In this document: piece by piece, positions 36,174-46,161 of the stretch
How positions within the stretch are numbered: position 1 is the first letter of the stretch
Layout of the letters: each line of letters begins with the position of its first letter
Origin: an uncultured cyanobacterium
Lineage (GTDB): Bacteria > Cyanobacteriota > Cyanobacteriia > Cyanobacteriales > Cyanobacteriaceae
Assembly (NCBI GenBank): GCA_963749915.1
Contig: CAVVOP010000020.1
Location: 96,001-160,000 of the forward strand
Length of the DNA stretch: 64,000 nucleotides
Direction: 5' to 3'
Notes under the pieces: model-generated
Seen by the model: the letters and a program-made list of their open reading frames with translations, nothing else
What the model was told of the DNA's origin: nothing
The model's database searches: none
Made by a program: the position numbers and the translations under genes

Positions 36174-36248
36174 AATTTAACTCTTTTTTTTTCCACTGTC
36201 AAGCGGTCATCCCGTTTTAATGGTAATATTGTTACAAAACTTAATAAA
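36174..36248 (-). promoter_or_regulatory. Sigma70-type promoter of the ycf46 operon with upstream HLR1-like direct repeat
   Basis: Minus strand TTGACA (36197-36202), 17 bp, TAAATT (36174-36179). GTTACAAA-AC-TTAATAAA at 36231-36248 resembles an RpaB HLR1 site. Confidence 0.45.
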
Positions 36249-36343
36249 TGAAATTTTAGAAAGATGGTTGTTTTCTTTATAACCTATATTCGGCAGGTTA
36301 TGTTCGGAATGAGTTATTTATAGAGAGTTCTATATCCAAAGTA

Positions 36344-37258
36344 CTATTCTAATGTGATAATTGTGCCGCGATCGCCCCTTAAAATTTCCGCGACATCTTG
36401 CAACTGACCAATTGCCGCCATACCCATCGTCGTAGTCTTAGCCTTGACAAAATTACAAGCCGCTTCGACCTTCGGTTGCATCGAGCCAGGAGCGAAGCTA
36501 TACTTGCTTAACTGCTGTGGAGTTATTGTGGAAATTGGTTGGGCTTCTGGAGTACCCCAGTTATGGTAAACCGCATCCACATCAGTCAATAGCAGTAAGG
36601 CATCCGCCTGTAAATCCTTTGCCAGTAATGCTGTAGCTAAATCTTTATCGATAACGGCTTCAATGCCACAAATACTCCCTGCCGGAGTAACAACAACGGG
36701 TATACCACCACCGCCGGCACAGATGACCAATGCTCCCACTTTTACCAATAACCGGATTGTTGGTAATTCCAGAATGCGCTTGGGTTTGGGAGAGGGGACA
36801 ACGCGGCGATAGCCATTGCCATCGGGGGCCACTGCCCAACCTCTTTCTTTCGCTAAATGTTTAGCTTCCGTCTCTGAATAAACTGAACCAATGGGTTTAG
36901 TAGGACAAGCAAAAGCAGGATCCTCAGGGTTTACTTCGATCTGGGTGAGGAGAGTGACTATTTGTTTTTCTGGTAGTTGATTGCAGAGTTCTTGTTCGAT
37001 TAGATAACCGATCGCCCCTTCTGTCTCCGCATCTAGTACATCTAGGGGATAGGGCTTGACGCCCTTGTAGGCTTCGGCTTGCATTGCTAAAAGTCCCACC
37101 TGGGGTCCATTACCGTGGGTAACTACCACCTGATGTTCTCTAGCAACAACAGCGATGGCTTTGGCTGCCAGCTGAATATTTTGTCGCTGTATTTCTACTT
37201 CTGGAGGTTGACCACGCCTAATTAGGGCATTACCCCCCAAGGCAATAACTACGAGCAT
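36344..37258 (-). CDS. arcC: Carbamate kinase
   Basis: VIALGGNAL, THGNGPQVG, PTKPIG, RRVVPSPKP, GGGGIPV, EAVIDKD and GSMQPKVEAA. Confidence 0.95.
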   Translation of the reverse strand: MLVVIALGGNALIRRGQPPEVEIQRQNIQLAAKAIAVVAREHQVVVTHGNGPQVGLLAMQAEAYKGVKPYPLDVLDAETEGAIGYLIEQELCNQLPEKQIVTLLTQIEVNPEDPAFACPTKPIGSVYSETEAKHLAKERGWAVAPDGNGYRRVVPSPKPKRILELPTIRLLVKVGALVICAGGGGIPVVVTPAGSICGIEAVIDKDLATALLAKDLQADALLLLTDVDAVYHNWGTPEAQPISTITPQQLSKYSFAPGSMQPKVEAACNFVKAKTTTMGMAAIGQLQDVAEILRGDRGTIITLE

Positions 37259-37264
37259 GATCGT

Positions 37265-38635
37265 CTATCCTCCCAAGTTTTTACGGGCGAGAAATTGCTC
37301 TATTTCGGCGGATAATCTCGGTTCTCCTCTCTCAGCAAATTCATAGTGGGCGCGGACCACTGGCTTATTAAGTGTCATCAGAGAACTAAGATCGCTGGGA
37401 GTGGCTGCCACTACTACGTCAGCTTCGGCATTGTTAATGGTATCCTCCAATGCTTTTAGTTGGGCGGGAAAATAACCCATGGCTGGCAATACCGGGCCGA
37501 TGTGGGGATAGCGGGCATAAACTTCGGCAATTTCTGGAGCAGCAGAAGCTCTGGGATCGACAATTGCTGCAGCGTGGGCACGAATAGCAGCTACATAGCC
37601 TGCACCATAGGACATGCCACCATGAGTGGTAGTCGGACCGTCCTCTACTACTAACACGCGACGATGGCACACTGCTTCTGGATTGTCCAACTGGATTGGG
37701 GAGGCACCACGAACAATCACTGCTTGGGGATTAACCTTCTTCACTGTATCGCTAACTCTCTGTATGTCAGCATCAGCTGCCGAATCCACTTTCGCAATAA
37801 TGACAATGTCTGCCATCCGCAACACGACTTCCCCTGGGTGGTGAGTAGTTTCATGTCCAGGACGCAATGGATCGACTAAAACAAGGTGTAGATCGGGTTG
37901 AATGAAAGGAAAGTCATTATTACCGCCGTCCCAGAGGATAATATCTGCTTCTTGTTCTGCTTTCTGGACGATTAACCCATAATCGACTCCAGCATAGACT
38001 ATGTTACCAACCGCTAGATGGGGTTCGTATTCTTCCCGTTCCTCAATTGTACACTCGGCTACATCTAAATCTCCTTTAGTCGCAAACCGTTGTACAATTT
38101 GCTTTTCTAAATCCCCGTAAGGCATGGGGTGACGGATAACTGCTACTCGCAAACCTTTTTCTCGCAGTAGCTTAGAAAGCCAACGGGTAGTTTGAGACTT
38201 ACCACAACCAGTCCGCACCGCAGAAACAGCGATTACTGGTACTTGGGCTGGTAGCATGGTTCGTTTGGGACCTAAAAGTAAGAAATCTGCACCCGCTACC
38301 ATTGCTCGCGATGCGAAATGCATCACTTGGGAGTGAGTCAGATCGCTATAAGCAAAGACCACAAAATCTATTTGCTCTCGACGACAAAGAGATTCTAATT
38401 CTGTTTCCTCAACAATAGGAATACCTTGAGGATAAAGGGAACCCGCTAGCACACAAGGATAGCGGCGATTCGCAATGCCCGAAATTTGTGCTGCGGTAAA
38501 AGCCACCACTTCCACTTCTTTGTCATGGCGGTATACCTGATTGAAATTGTGAAAATCTCGACCTGCTGCCCCCATAATGACAATTCTAGAAGGGGATCGA
38601 GCAGTACTACTTGGCGATCGCATTTGACCCTCCAT
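37265..38635 (-). CDS. arcE: P-loop protein of the cDPG-synthetase-like/'GTPase' family; probable arginine synthetase ArcE
   Basis: MGAAGRDFHNFN, P-loop AVRTGCGKSQ, RHPMPYGDL, TIEEREEYEPH, WDGGNNDFPF and EDGPTTTHGGM.YGAG; 6 bp upstream of carbamate kinase. The ArcE assignment is from recalled family similarity plus synteny. Confidence 0.72.
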   Translation of the reverse strand: MEGQMRSPSSTARSPSRIVIMGAAGRDFHNFNQVYRHDKEVEVVAFTAAQISGIANRRYPCVLAGSLYPQGIPIVEETELESLCRREQIDFVVFAYSDLTHSQVMHFASRAMVAGADFLLLGPKRTMLPAQVPVIAVSAVRTGCGKSQTTRWLSKLLREKGLRVAVIRHPMPYGDLEKQIVQRFATKGDLDVAECTIEEREEYEPHLAVGNIVYAGVDYGLIVQKAEQEADIILWDGGNNDFPFIQPDLHLVLVDPLRPGHETTHHPGEVVLRMADIVIIAKVDSAADADIQRVSDTVKKVNPQAVIVRGASPIQLDNPEAVCHRRVLVVEDGPTTTHGGMSYGAGYVAAIRAHAAAIVDPRASAAPEIAEVYARYPHIGPVLPAMGYFPAQLKALEDTINNAEADVVVAATPSDLSSLMTLNKPVVRAHYEFAERGEPRLSAEIEQFLARKNLGG

Positions 38636-38751
38636 AAAATATATCCTTATAATCCTTTTATTTGTCGTCTTAACAGTTCGTTTTCATTTACTAAGAGCTT
38701 GGGTTCTAAGTCATTGCGCTCACTTTTAACAAAGGTTGTCCAGACCTAACC

Positions 38752-38760
38752 ATTATACCA
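38752..38760 (-). promoter_or_regulatory. Extended -10 promoter element upstream of arcE-arcC
   Basis: Minus strand TGGTATAAT about 120 bp upstream of the arcE start. Confidence 0.4.
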
Positions 38761-38871
38761 TTTCTTTAAATAGTATTGGTTCCCTTGCCGTGAACAAATC
38801 TATCCTCATCCATGCCTATTTCTCCCATCCGTCTTGCCTCTTTTCTAACTTCAAAAGAAAAAAGAGCTTTT

Positions 38872-41124
38872 TTAGTATTCTTGGGCTTCTACTACGGCGA
38901 TCGCCGTCATATTAACAATGGAGCGAATATCACAATCTTTTTGTAAAACATGAACTGATTTTTTCATCCCCATTAAAATTGGTCCTATGGTTTGAGAACC
39001 ACCTAATTCCTGTAATAGTTTATAGGCAATATTGCCTGAATTAAGATCGGGAAAAATGAGAATATTCGCATCACCTTTAATCGCTGAAAAAGGATAATTT
39101 TCTTGGACAATATTAGGATTGACCGCCGTATCAGCCTGCATTTCTCCATCAATAATTAAGTCCGGTTGACGTTTTTTAACAAGGTTGATCGCATCTTTAA
39201 CTTTATTACTCAAAGGATGAGGGGCACTGCCAAAATCAGAAAAGGAAAGCATGGCAACACGAGGTTGTAAGTTTAATCTTTGGGCTAATCTGGCACTTTC
39301 AATGGCAATATCCGCTAAAATTTCTGCCGTGGGATTAATATTTACCGTCGTATCCGCAAAAAGGTAGACCCGACGTTTTAATAACATAATATATAAACCG
39401 GAAACATATTTAATATCAGGACGAGTACCGATAATTCGTAAAGCCGGGCGAATGGTATCGGGATAGGCTTGAGTTAAGCCGGACACCAAACCATCAGCAT
39501 CCCCTAAATGTAGCATTAATGAACCGAAAATATTAGGCTTAAGGATTTCTTTTCGTGCTTGTTGTAAAGTCATCCCTTTTCTTTGTCTGAGGTTAAATAA
39601 TTCTTGAATATAAAGATCACTGTGAGAAGCCGTAGCTGGATCTACAATACTCAGATCAGGCAAATGTAAACCTAATTCACCAATTTTTGCTTTGATCTGA
39701 GCTTCTGAGCCGATTAAAATGGGTTGGGCAATCTTTTCTTCCATTAAGATTTGACAAGCAGTGAGAATTTTATTCTGATCTCCTTCTGGGAAGACAATTC
39801 TTTTCGGTGCTGTTTTAGCTTTATGAATAGCTTGGCGGATAATTTCTTGATCTACACCCATCCGTTTTTCAAGGGTTTCTTGATATTGCTCAAGGTTTAA
39901 GGTAATACGGGCAACTCCCGTATCCATGGCGGCTTTTGCTACTGCTGGGGTCACCCAAAATAAAACCCGATTATCAAAGGGTTTGGGAATGAAATATTCT
40001 CGCCCGAAGGCTAAATTTTTTAGTCCATAGGCTCTTAAAACGGAGTAAGGTACATCTTGTCTCGTTAAATTAACTAAAGCCCCAACAGCAGCTATTTTCA
40101 TGGCTTCATTAATTTCTGTTGCTCTTACATCTAACGCACCTCGGAAAATAAAAGGAAAACCCAACACATTATTAACTTGGTTGGGATAGTCAGATCTTCC
40201 TGTAGCAATAATGAGATCACTACGGGTTGCTTTAGCTAGATGATATTCAATTTCTGGATCGGGGTTAGCTAGGGCAAAGACGATGGGATTAACCGCCATT
40301 GATTTTACCATTGCCGGAGTTAAAATATCTTTGATGGATAAACCAATAAAAACATCTGCTCCTGCTATGGCCTCAGCTAAAGTTCGAGCCTTGGTATCAT
40401 TAGCAAACTGAACTTTGTACGGGTTCAGATGCTCTGTTCTTCCTTGATAAATAACTCCCATGCGATCGCACATGATTAAGTTTTCTCTTTTTACCCCTAA
40501 AGTTAAATGGAGTTTTGCACAGGCGATCGCAGCGGCACCTGCCCCACTATAAACTACCTTCACCTGATCAATTTTTTTCTGTGCCACTTCCAAGGCATTA
40601 ATTAAGGCAGCTCCGGTAATAATTGCTGTACCATGTTGATCATCATGAAAGACAGGAATTTTCATTTTTTGTCTCAGTTGTTCTTCAACATAAAAACTAT
40701 CGGGAGCTTTAATATCCTCTAAATTAATCCCACCAAAAGTAGGCTCAAGGCATTTAACCGTATTAATAAATTCTTCGAGATCTTCGCTCTGAATTTCTAA
40801 ATCAAAAACATTAATATCGGCAAATCGTTTAAATAAAACCGCTTTCCCCTCCATCACGGGTTTAGCCGCCAAAGCTCCTATATTACCTAGTCCTAAAACG
40901 GCTGTACCATTTGTCACCACCGCCACTAAATTGCCCTTTGTGGTGTAATCATAAACCTTTTTTGGGTCTTGGTGAATTTGACGACAGGGTTCAGCCACCC
41001 CCGGAGTATAAGCAAGGGCTAGATCTCTTTGAGTAGTAAAGGGTTTAGTGGCATTTACTTCTAATTTTCCGGGGCGATCGTATTGGTGATAGTGGAGGGA
41101 ATCTTCGGATAGGGACATAAGCAA
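38872..41124 (-). CDS. maeB: NADP-dependent malic enzyme with C-terminal PTA-like domain
   Basis: [31 protein letters not shown] and [13 protein letters not shown], followed by a PTA-like domain ([26 protein letters not shown]); 750 aa. Confidence 0.95.
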   Translation of the reverse strand: MLMSLSEDSLHYHQYDRPGKLEVNATKPFTTQRDLALAYTPGVAEPCRQIHQDPKKVYDYTTKGNLVAVVTNGTAVLGLGNIGALAAKPVMEGKAVLFKRFADINVFDLEIQSEDLEEFINTVKCLEPTFGGINLEDIKAPDSFYVEEQLRQKMKIPVFHDDQHGTAIITGAALINALEVAQKKIDQVKVVYSGAGAAAIACAKLHLTLGVKRENLIMCDRMGVIYQGRTEHLNPYKVQFANDTKARTLAEAIAGADVFIGLSIKDILTPAMVKSMAVNPIVFALANPDPEIEYHLAKATRSDLIIATGRSDYPNQVNNVLGFPFIFRGALDVRATEINEAMKIAAVGALVNLTRQDVPYSVLRAYGLKNLAFGREYFIPKPFDNRVLFWVTPAVAKAAMDTGVARITLNLEQYQETLEKRMGVDQEIIRQAIHKAKTAPKRIVFPEGDQNKILTACQILMEEKIAQPILIGSEAQIKAKIGELGLHLPDLSIVDPATASHSDLYIQELFNLRQRKGMTLQQARKEILKPNIFGSLMLHLGDADGLVSGLTQAYPDTIRPALRIIGTRPDIKYVSGLYIMLLKRRVYLFADTTVNINPTAEILADIAIESARLAQRLNLQPRVAMLSFSDFGSAPHPLSNKVKDAINLVKKRQPDLIIDGEMQADTAVNPNIVQENYPFSAIKGDANILIFPDLNSGNIAYKLLQELGGSQTIGPILMGMKKSVHVLQKDCDIRSIVNMTAIAVVEAQEY

Positions 41125-41389
41125 AATGATTAATTAAGATGATGAGCCGGCAAAAAGTCTAATGCACATTGAAGAAAAAGACAAATTCAACTTTAACATT
41201 TAATCCTGTTTTTAGCTTCTGCCCTTCCATAGTTTAAGACTCATCACCTTCGCCCAAATATTAAAAACCTACACCCGAAAGCTCCTGCCTCCTAACTTGA
41301 AAGTTTAAAAGTTACGCATTGACAGAAAACTAAAAATGATGCACATTAAAAAATATTTGTCAATGGGTAACTCCTAAAGTTTAAGAAAG

Positions 41390-41824
41390 TTAGGCAATAG
41401 TGGCTAGAATATCTTGGGCGTGAGTGTCGGTTTTCACTTTATCGTCAACGTGAGTAATAACACCTTGACCATCGATAATATAGGTAACTCGTTTAGGATA
41501 ACCGCCGCCGTCAACATCATAGGCTCGAGAAATAACTCTGTCGGTATCAGCTAAGAGTTGGAAGGGTAAACCATATTTTTCTTTAAACATAGTGTGAGAG
41601 GCTTCGTCATCGTTACTAACCCCTAAAACTACTATATCTTTGCCTTGATATTCTTCATAGTTGTCGCGGAAACTCTGGGCTTCTTTGGTGCAACCTGGAG
41701 TATCATCTTTGGGGTAGAAATATAAAACTACTACTTTACCCACAAAATCCGATAAAGAAACTGTATTACCTTGATCATCTTTAGTGGTGAATGCTGGTGC
41801 TTTAGTGCCAACTGCGAGTGTCAT
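41390..41824 (-). CDS. bcp: Peroxiredoxin BCP/PrxQ (no CxxxxC resolving Cys)
   Basis: YFYPKDDTPGCTKEA motif. Confidence 0.9.
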   Translation of the reverse strand: MTLAVGTKAPAFTTKDDQGNTVSLSDFVGKVVVLYFYPKDDTPGCTKEAQSFRDNYEEYQGKDIVVLGVSNDDEASHTMFKEKYGLPFQLLADTDRVISRAYDVDGGGYPKRVTYIIDGQGVITHVDDKVKTDTHAQDILATIA

Positions 41825-41888
41825 AAATAATTTCCCTACAATTAAATAAATTCTGTTTCTTATTTAACTTTACAATACTTAACGAAAG

Positions 41889-42593
41889 ATGAAAATATTT
41901 TTACCGAAAAACTTTGAACCGCAAAAGCCCATTAAAATTTATGATTATCATGATATTCTGATTACTCTATTTTCTGGCAAAATTCACCCCAGTCAATTTA
42001 ACTCCCAGAAAATGAAAGAAATGGGTTTGATTCCCGTTGATTGGCAGTTAAGTAAGCCGATATTGAATAAACCGAAATTATTACAGTTTTGTTTCCAACA
42101 AGGAATAAGTGTCGTTATCGAAATGGGGAAAATTTCTTTTTTAATGAAAATAGGCAAAAATTCCGTTGATTTAGCGAATATTATTACAAATTTTATCAAT
42201 CAATTAACTACCTATAATTGGCAAAAAGTGCAGATTAATTTAAGACGCTTAATCTCTCTACCCGGAAAAAAAGAAAACGGGGCAAAATTTATTCAGGACA
42301 ATTTTTTGCATGGTGATAAATGGGATATTTCCGGAAGAAATCCGACCAAAACTCAAATTAATTTTATGTATTCTTTAGTGCAAAATCCTTTAATAATTAA
42401 TTTAACTGATGTAACAGTAAGAGATCAAGACAATAACATTAAATCAGGTTTATTATTTAGAGGCACTTTTCACTATCAATATAAGCCTAATTTTAATATT
42501 AGTAATCGATTTTTTTTTACTTCAGTTATTAATAATTATCCTCAAAATTTAGAGTTATTCAATACTATAATTAATCAAAATTTATTATCATAA
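41889..42593 (+). CDS. Hypothetical protein
   Basis: 234-aa ORF divergent from bcp; no motif recognised. Confidence 0.6.
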   Translation: MKIFLPKNFEPQKPIKIYDYHDILITLFSGKIHPSQFNSQKMKEMGLIPVDWQLSKPILNKPKLLQFCFQQGISVVIEMGKISFLMKIGKNSVDLANIITNFINQLTTYNWQKVQINLRRLISLPGKKENGAKFIQDNFLHGDKWDISGRNPTKTQINFMYSLVQNPLIINLTDVTVRDQDNNIKSGLLFRGTFHYQYKPNFNISNRFFFTSVINNYPQNLELFNTIINQNLLS

Positions 42594-42647
42594 AGGCAAA
42601 TTGTAAGTGTTTTCACTATGGATAAACCCCATAATAACTTAATTCCC

Positions 42648-42771
42648 TACTGCGAGGGTTTTGGAAAATATCAATGTGGTCGAGGGTAAGGCAGAAGGAA
42701 GGAGGCAGAAGGGAATAAATTCAGTGAAATTTTAAATTCTAAATTCTAAATTCTAAATTACCCTCACAGTA
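42648..42771. repeat. Small inverted-repeat element enclosing heptamer repeats
   Basis: TACTGCGAGGGT / ACCCTCACAGTA (11/12) around AGGCAGA-type and (AAATTCT)n repeats. Confidence 0.5.
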
Positions 42772-42886
42772 ACCTTTTTGGCACGCTTCCGAGCAGTATT
42801 GACTTGCCATATAATCAACGAATATAAATTTTTATTACGATATGTAAATCATAATTTTATGTATCTAGGTTAATTTGAGAATTCTT

Positions 42887-44824
42887 ATGGTTTCAAAATA
42901 TATTAAAGTTCTAGCCCGTCTGATTTCTGTGGGCCTATTAGCTTTATTCTTGATTCTCTTCACCCCATCGCCAATGCTAGCACAAATCACTGGTCTCGGT
43001 TTGTCTGAGGATAATCTTTCCTCCCAGTCTTACGTCCCTGTCTTCACTCAGGGAAATCTAGATATAGCTCCCGTATTTCTTGATGGAAAACTCATCGGAA
43101 CTGTTTCCTCTTTTATTGAATTGGCACCAGATGAGGATAGTAATCAACCTAGTTCCTATGATGCCCCTACCCGTTCCCACTTGATGAACAGCAAACTGCA
43201 AAAAATCCTAGACAATATGAGTCGCTATTCTCAGGTGCTTTTGCCCAAACATGGGATATCGGGAGTTGAAAAACAAGAACAAGAACTGAGAAAACAGCTA
43301 ATTACTAGTTTCTCGGAGAAAAAGGGAAATGCTGTTGTCTCGGTTACTTTTCCTCAAGACGACGTGCCAGAAATCATTTATTCGATTACCCAAGCAGATA
43401 TTTCCATAGCTCGATTCGGTAACTCGCAACCATTAAAAATTGCACAGGTCGCTAGCAGAAGTATTGAAAATGCACTCATTCAAGCCTGGAAGGAACGCCA
43501 AAAACCTTATCTACTGACTCAAGCTCAACGAGCACTGCTGGTATTGCTTGCCCTTACTTGCGCAAGCCTCACCTTGTGGTGGGTGCAGAAACTCTTTGTT
43601 GCTCGACAAAGAAAACTCGAGGAGAGCTTATTAAATTCAAAAACCGTTCAACATCAACACAATTGGATTTCCGGTTTATCCAAGGTCACTGGCAAGTTTA
43701 CTCAACAGTTCCAGAAACTACGTCTGAGCCAACGTCACAGTCTTAATGCCTTCTGCAGATCTGGATTGTTTTGGACTCAATGGTTGCTTTGGATGAGCGG
43801 GATTGGCTATCTAACTAGCTTGTTTTACTGGACTCGCCCTTTGAGTAATTGGATAGTCGGTGTGACAATTTCCAATATTGGGGTAGGGTCGCAAACCGGA
43901 GAAATTATTTATAGCTGGCCTCCCATTAATTGGTTTCTCAGTTTCGGGCAGAAAGCTACCCTCGGAACTCCATTATTGATTTTAATCCTCTTCTTGGGGA
44001 CTCGTTTGATCATTAAAGGGGGAGATGTCCTAAGTGATTTTTTCGCTAACAATTGGATCAAGGAACAATCAATTCAACGGCACAATTTGCGTGCTCCCAC
44101 CTTGACGAGAGCCTTCAAAGGCTTGCTGAGAGTTGTTGTTTATCTTTTTTTGGGAGTAACAATCATCTATCATCTGCACCAGTTAGGTACCATTACTCAA
44201 GTAGTAGCGGTCTTCCTCGGCTTTTTCAGTTTTGCCCTTTCTTTGGCCTCTCAGGACTTGCTCAGAGATCTGATCGCTGGTCTGCTCATTTTATGGGAAG
44301 ACCAGTATGCCGTGGGAGATGTAATTGTCATTGGCGATCAAGGGGGGTTGGTAGAAAATATCACCCTGCGACTGACCCAATTGCGAAATCTTGATGGCGA
44401 GTTAATTAACATTCCCAATCGGTCAATTGAGATGGTGCGAAATCTGTCCAGTGATTGGTCACAGGTGAATTATGCCATCGAAATTAGTTATGATGCTGAT
44501 GTGGATCTTGCTTTGAAAGTAATTGAAACGGTAGCCCAAAAACTGTATCAGGATTCTCAATGGCAAGAACGGATTTTAGAAGCACCAGAAGTCTTGGGTA
44601 TTGATAATATTTCCCATACTGGCATTTTGATTCGCGTTATCATCAAGACTAAACCACTGGAACAATGGTCTGTTGCTCGAGAATTTCGGTTCCGTCTGAA
44701 AAAGGCATTTGATCGGGAGGGTATTGAGCTAGGAATTCCCCAACAAACGATGCATATAAATACTCCTTTTCCAAAAACGAGTAACGGTAATTTTAAAACT
44801 CATGATCAAGATAATCAATTCTAG
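42887..44824 (+). CDS. Large MscS-family mechanosensitive channel
   Basis: Signal/TM segment, soluble N-terminal domain, then the MscS core (QDLLRDLIAGLLILWEDQYAVGDVI...G.VE.ITLR.TQLR..DGELINIPN). Confidence 0.9.
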   Translation: MVSKYIKVLARLISVGLLALFLILFTPSPMLAQITGLGLSEDNLSSQSYVPVFTQGNLDIAPVFLDGKLIGTVSSFIELAPDEDSNQPSSYDAPTRSHLMNSKLQKILDNMSRYSQVLLPKHGISGVEKQEQELRKQLITSFSEKKGNAVVSVTFPQDDVPEIIYSITQADISIARFGNSQPLKIAQVASRSIENALIQAWKERQKPYLLTQAQRALLVLLALTCASLTLWWVQKLFVARQRKLEESLLNSKTVQHQHNWISGLSKVTGKFTQQFQKLRLSQRHSLNAFCRSGLFWTQWLLWMSGIGYLTSLFYWTRPLSNWIVGVTISNIGVGSQTGEIIYSWPPINWFLSFGQKATLGTPLLILILFLGTRLIIKGGDVLSDFFANNWIKEQSIQRHNLRAPTLTRAFKGLLRVVVYLFLGVTIIYHLHQLGTITQVVAVFLGFFSFALSLASQDLLRDLIAGLLILWEDQYAVGDVIVIGDQGGLVENITLRLTQLRNLDGELINIPNRSIEMVRNLSSDWSQVNYAIEISYDADVDLALKVIETVAQKLYQDSQWQERILEAPEVLGIDNISHTGILIRVIIKTKPLEQWSVAREFRFRLKKAFDREGIELGIPQQTMHINTPFPKTSNGNFKTHDQDNQF

Positions 44825-44832
44825 TTATCAGA

Positions 44833-46161
44833 ATGAAAACCATTTATGGGAAACTTTTTTGTCCAAAAATGACAAATAAATTAGAGCAAAATTTAATTTT
44901 AGGAATTTCTCTGTCTCAACTACTTTTGGTTGGTTTCGATAATCCGGTAATCGCCAGTCCAAAATTCAATCAAGACAAAACAATTCTATTGATTACATCC
45001 TCTGAAGTTCAAGATCTTCAAGAAAAATCTCGACTTGAACAAAGTGTAGATCTGATTAATGAGATAGATGACTCCCCGCTGAAAGTTACGCTTTTAAATA
45101 ATCTTGCTCTATCTTATGCACAAATGGGCAATATCGATAAGGCGATCGCTATCCTAGACCACTCTTTGTCAATAGCTAAAGGCCTTGAAGATGTTGTTTT
45201 AAAAGTAACCACTATAACTAGTATTGCCAAGCATTATGACCAAATAGGTCAAAAATCTAAAGCCATTGAAATTCTGGACGATACCGTTGAGATGGCAAAT
45301 ATGGTGGAAGATAAATCTCTTCAAGGACAATTATTATTAGAAATTTCCTTCAAATATGGAGAAATTGGACAACAAGAATCCGCCCAAACCCTATTTGCTC
45401 AAAGTCAAACGATGATGGTAAAAGCATCACAACCTTTACCAGAATTTCCTTTTACGGAAACTCCTAGCACTTTAGAGTTCGGATTGGCTGGATTTGTTAA
45501 TTCTTTTCGAGATACCACTGCCTTGGTAGGGATTGAGGTAGATTTTGCCAAACTATGGTCAGAAGATGATTTTTTCGTTAATGCTAGTATTTATCTCGAT
45601 TATGATAGTAGTCGTTCTATTAATAATTATCGTCCTAGCAGTTTAATTCTGGCTAATTCTCGCCATCACTTCAATGCTAAATGGAATCTTTTTACTAATT
45701 TTTTCAATAGCACTAATCAAAATTTATTTTCTTCTAAAAACGATGATGAGGATTTGGTGATTATTAGTGAGTTTTTTGTTGGTGCTGGGTTAAATTTGTG
45801 GCGGGGAGATTCGAGGGGTGATTTTTTAGATTTACAATTAGGAATAGGACCTCGTTATGAGTACGATGACATTGATTCCGAACAAAAGCGTAATCAAGTA
45901 GCTCCAGCTTTGGCTCTTATCCTTTTGGGTAGAGGCTTTTCCATTGGGAAGGCCAAAATAAATAACACTTTTATCATCGTTCCTGCGTTAAACGATTTTA
46001 ACAACTATATCATTACTTCCGATACAAATCTTTCTGTTCCTCTAAGTGAAAGATGGTCACTGAGTAATCGTTTATTTGTACGCTATCGAAATGAGATAGT
46101 ATTTGAGGACAATCCTAAGGTGGAATTCTTTTTTTCTACGGGGTTAAAGTATAAGTTTTGA
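44833..46161 (+). CDS. TPR-repeat plus DUF481-like outer-membrane beta-barrel protein
   Basis: Signal peptide; helical repeats (LALSYAQMG..DKA, IAKHYDQIGQ..KA); amphipathic beta strands ending in GLKYKF. Confidence 0.7.
   Translation: MKTIYGKLFCPKMTNKLEQNLILGISLSQLLLVGFDNPVIASPKFNQDKTILLITSSEVQDLQEKSRLEQSVDLINEIDDSPLKVTLLNNLALSYAQMGNIDKAIAILDHSLSIAKGLEDVVLKVTTITSIAKHYDQIGQKSKAIEILDDTVEMANMVEDKSLQGQLLLEISFKYGEIGQQESAQTLFAQSQTMMVKASQPLPEFPFTETPSTLEFGLAGFVNSFRDTTALVGIEVDFAKLWSEDDFFVNASIYLDYDSSRSINNYRPSSLILANSRHHFNAKWNLFTNFFNSTNQNLFSSKNDDEDLVIISEFFVGAGLNLWRGDSRGDFLDLQLGIGPRYEYDDIDSEQKRNQVAPALALILLGRGFSIGKAKINNTFIIVPALNDFNNYIITSDTNLSVPLSERWSLSNRLFVRYRNEIVFEDNPKVEFFFSTGLKYKF

Noticed and set aside
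36223..36235. GTAATATTGTTAC as an NtcA site
   Set aside because: The spacer is 7 nt rather than 8.
37265..38635. Literal annotation as cyclic 2,3-diphosphoglycerate synthetase (thermoprotectant synthesis)
   Set aside because: There is no 2-phosphoglycerate kinase neighbour, and tight linkage to carbamate kinase fits arginine metabolism better. Not formally excluded.
41161..41348. Direct repeat ATGCACATT (two copies) upstream of maeB
   Set aside because: It is only 9 bp in AT-rich DNA and the copies are about 180 bp apart, so it could be chance.
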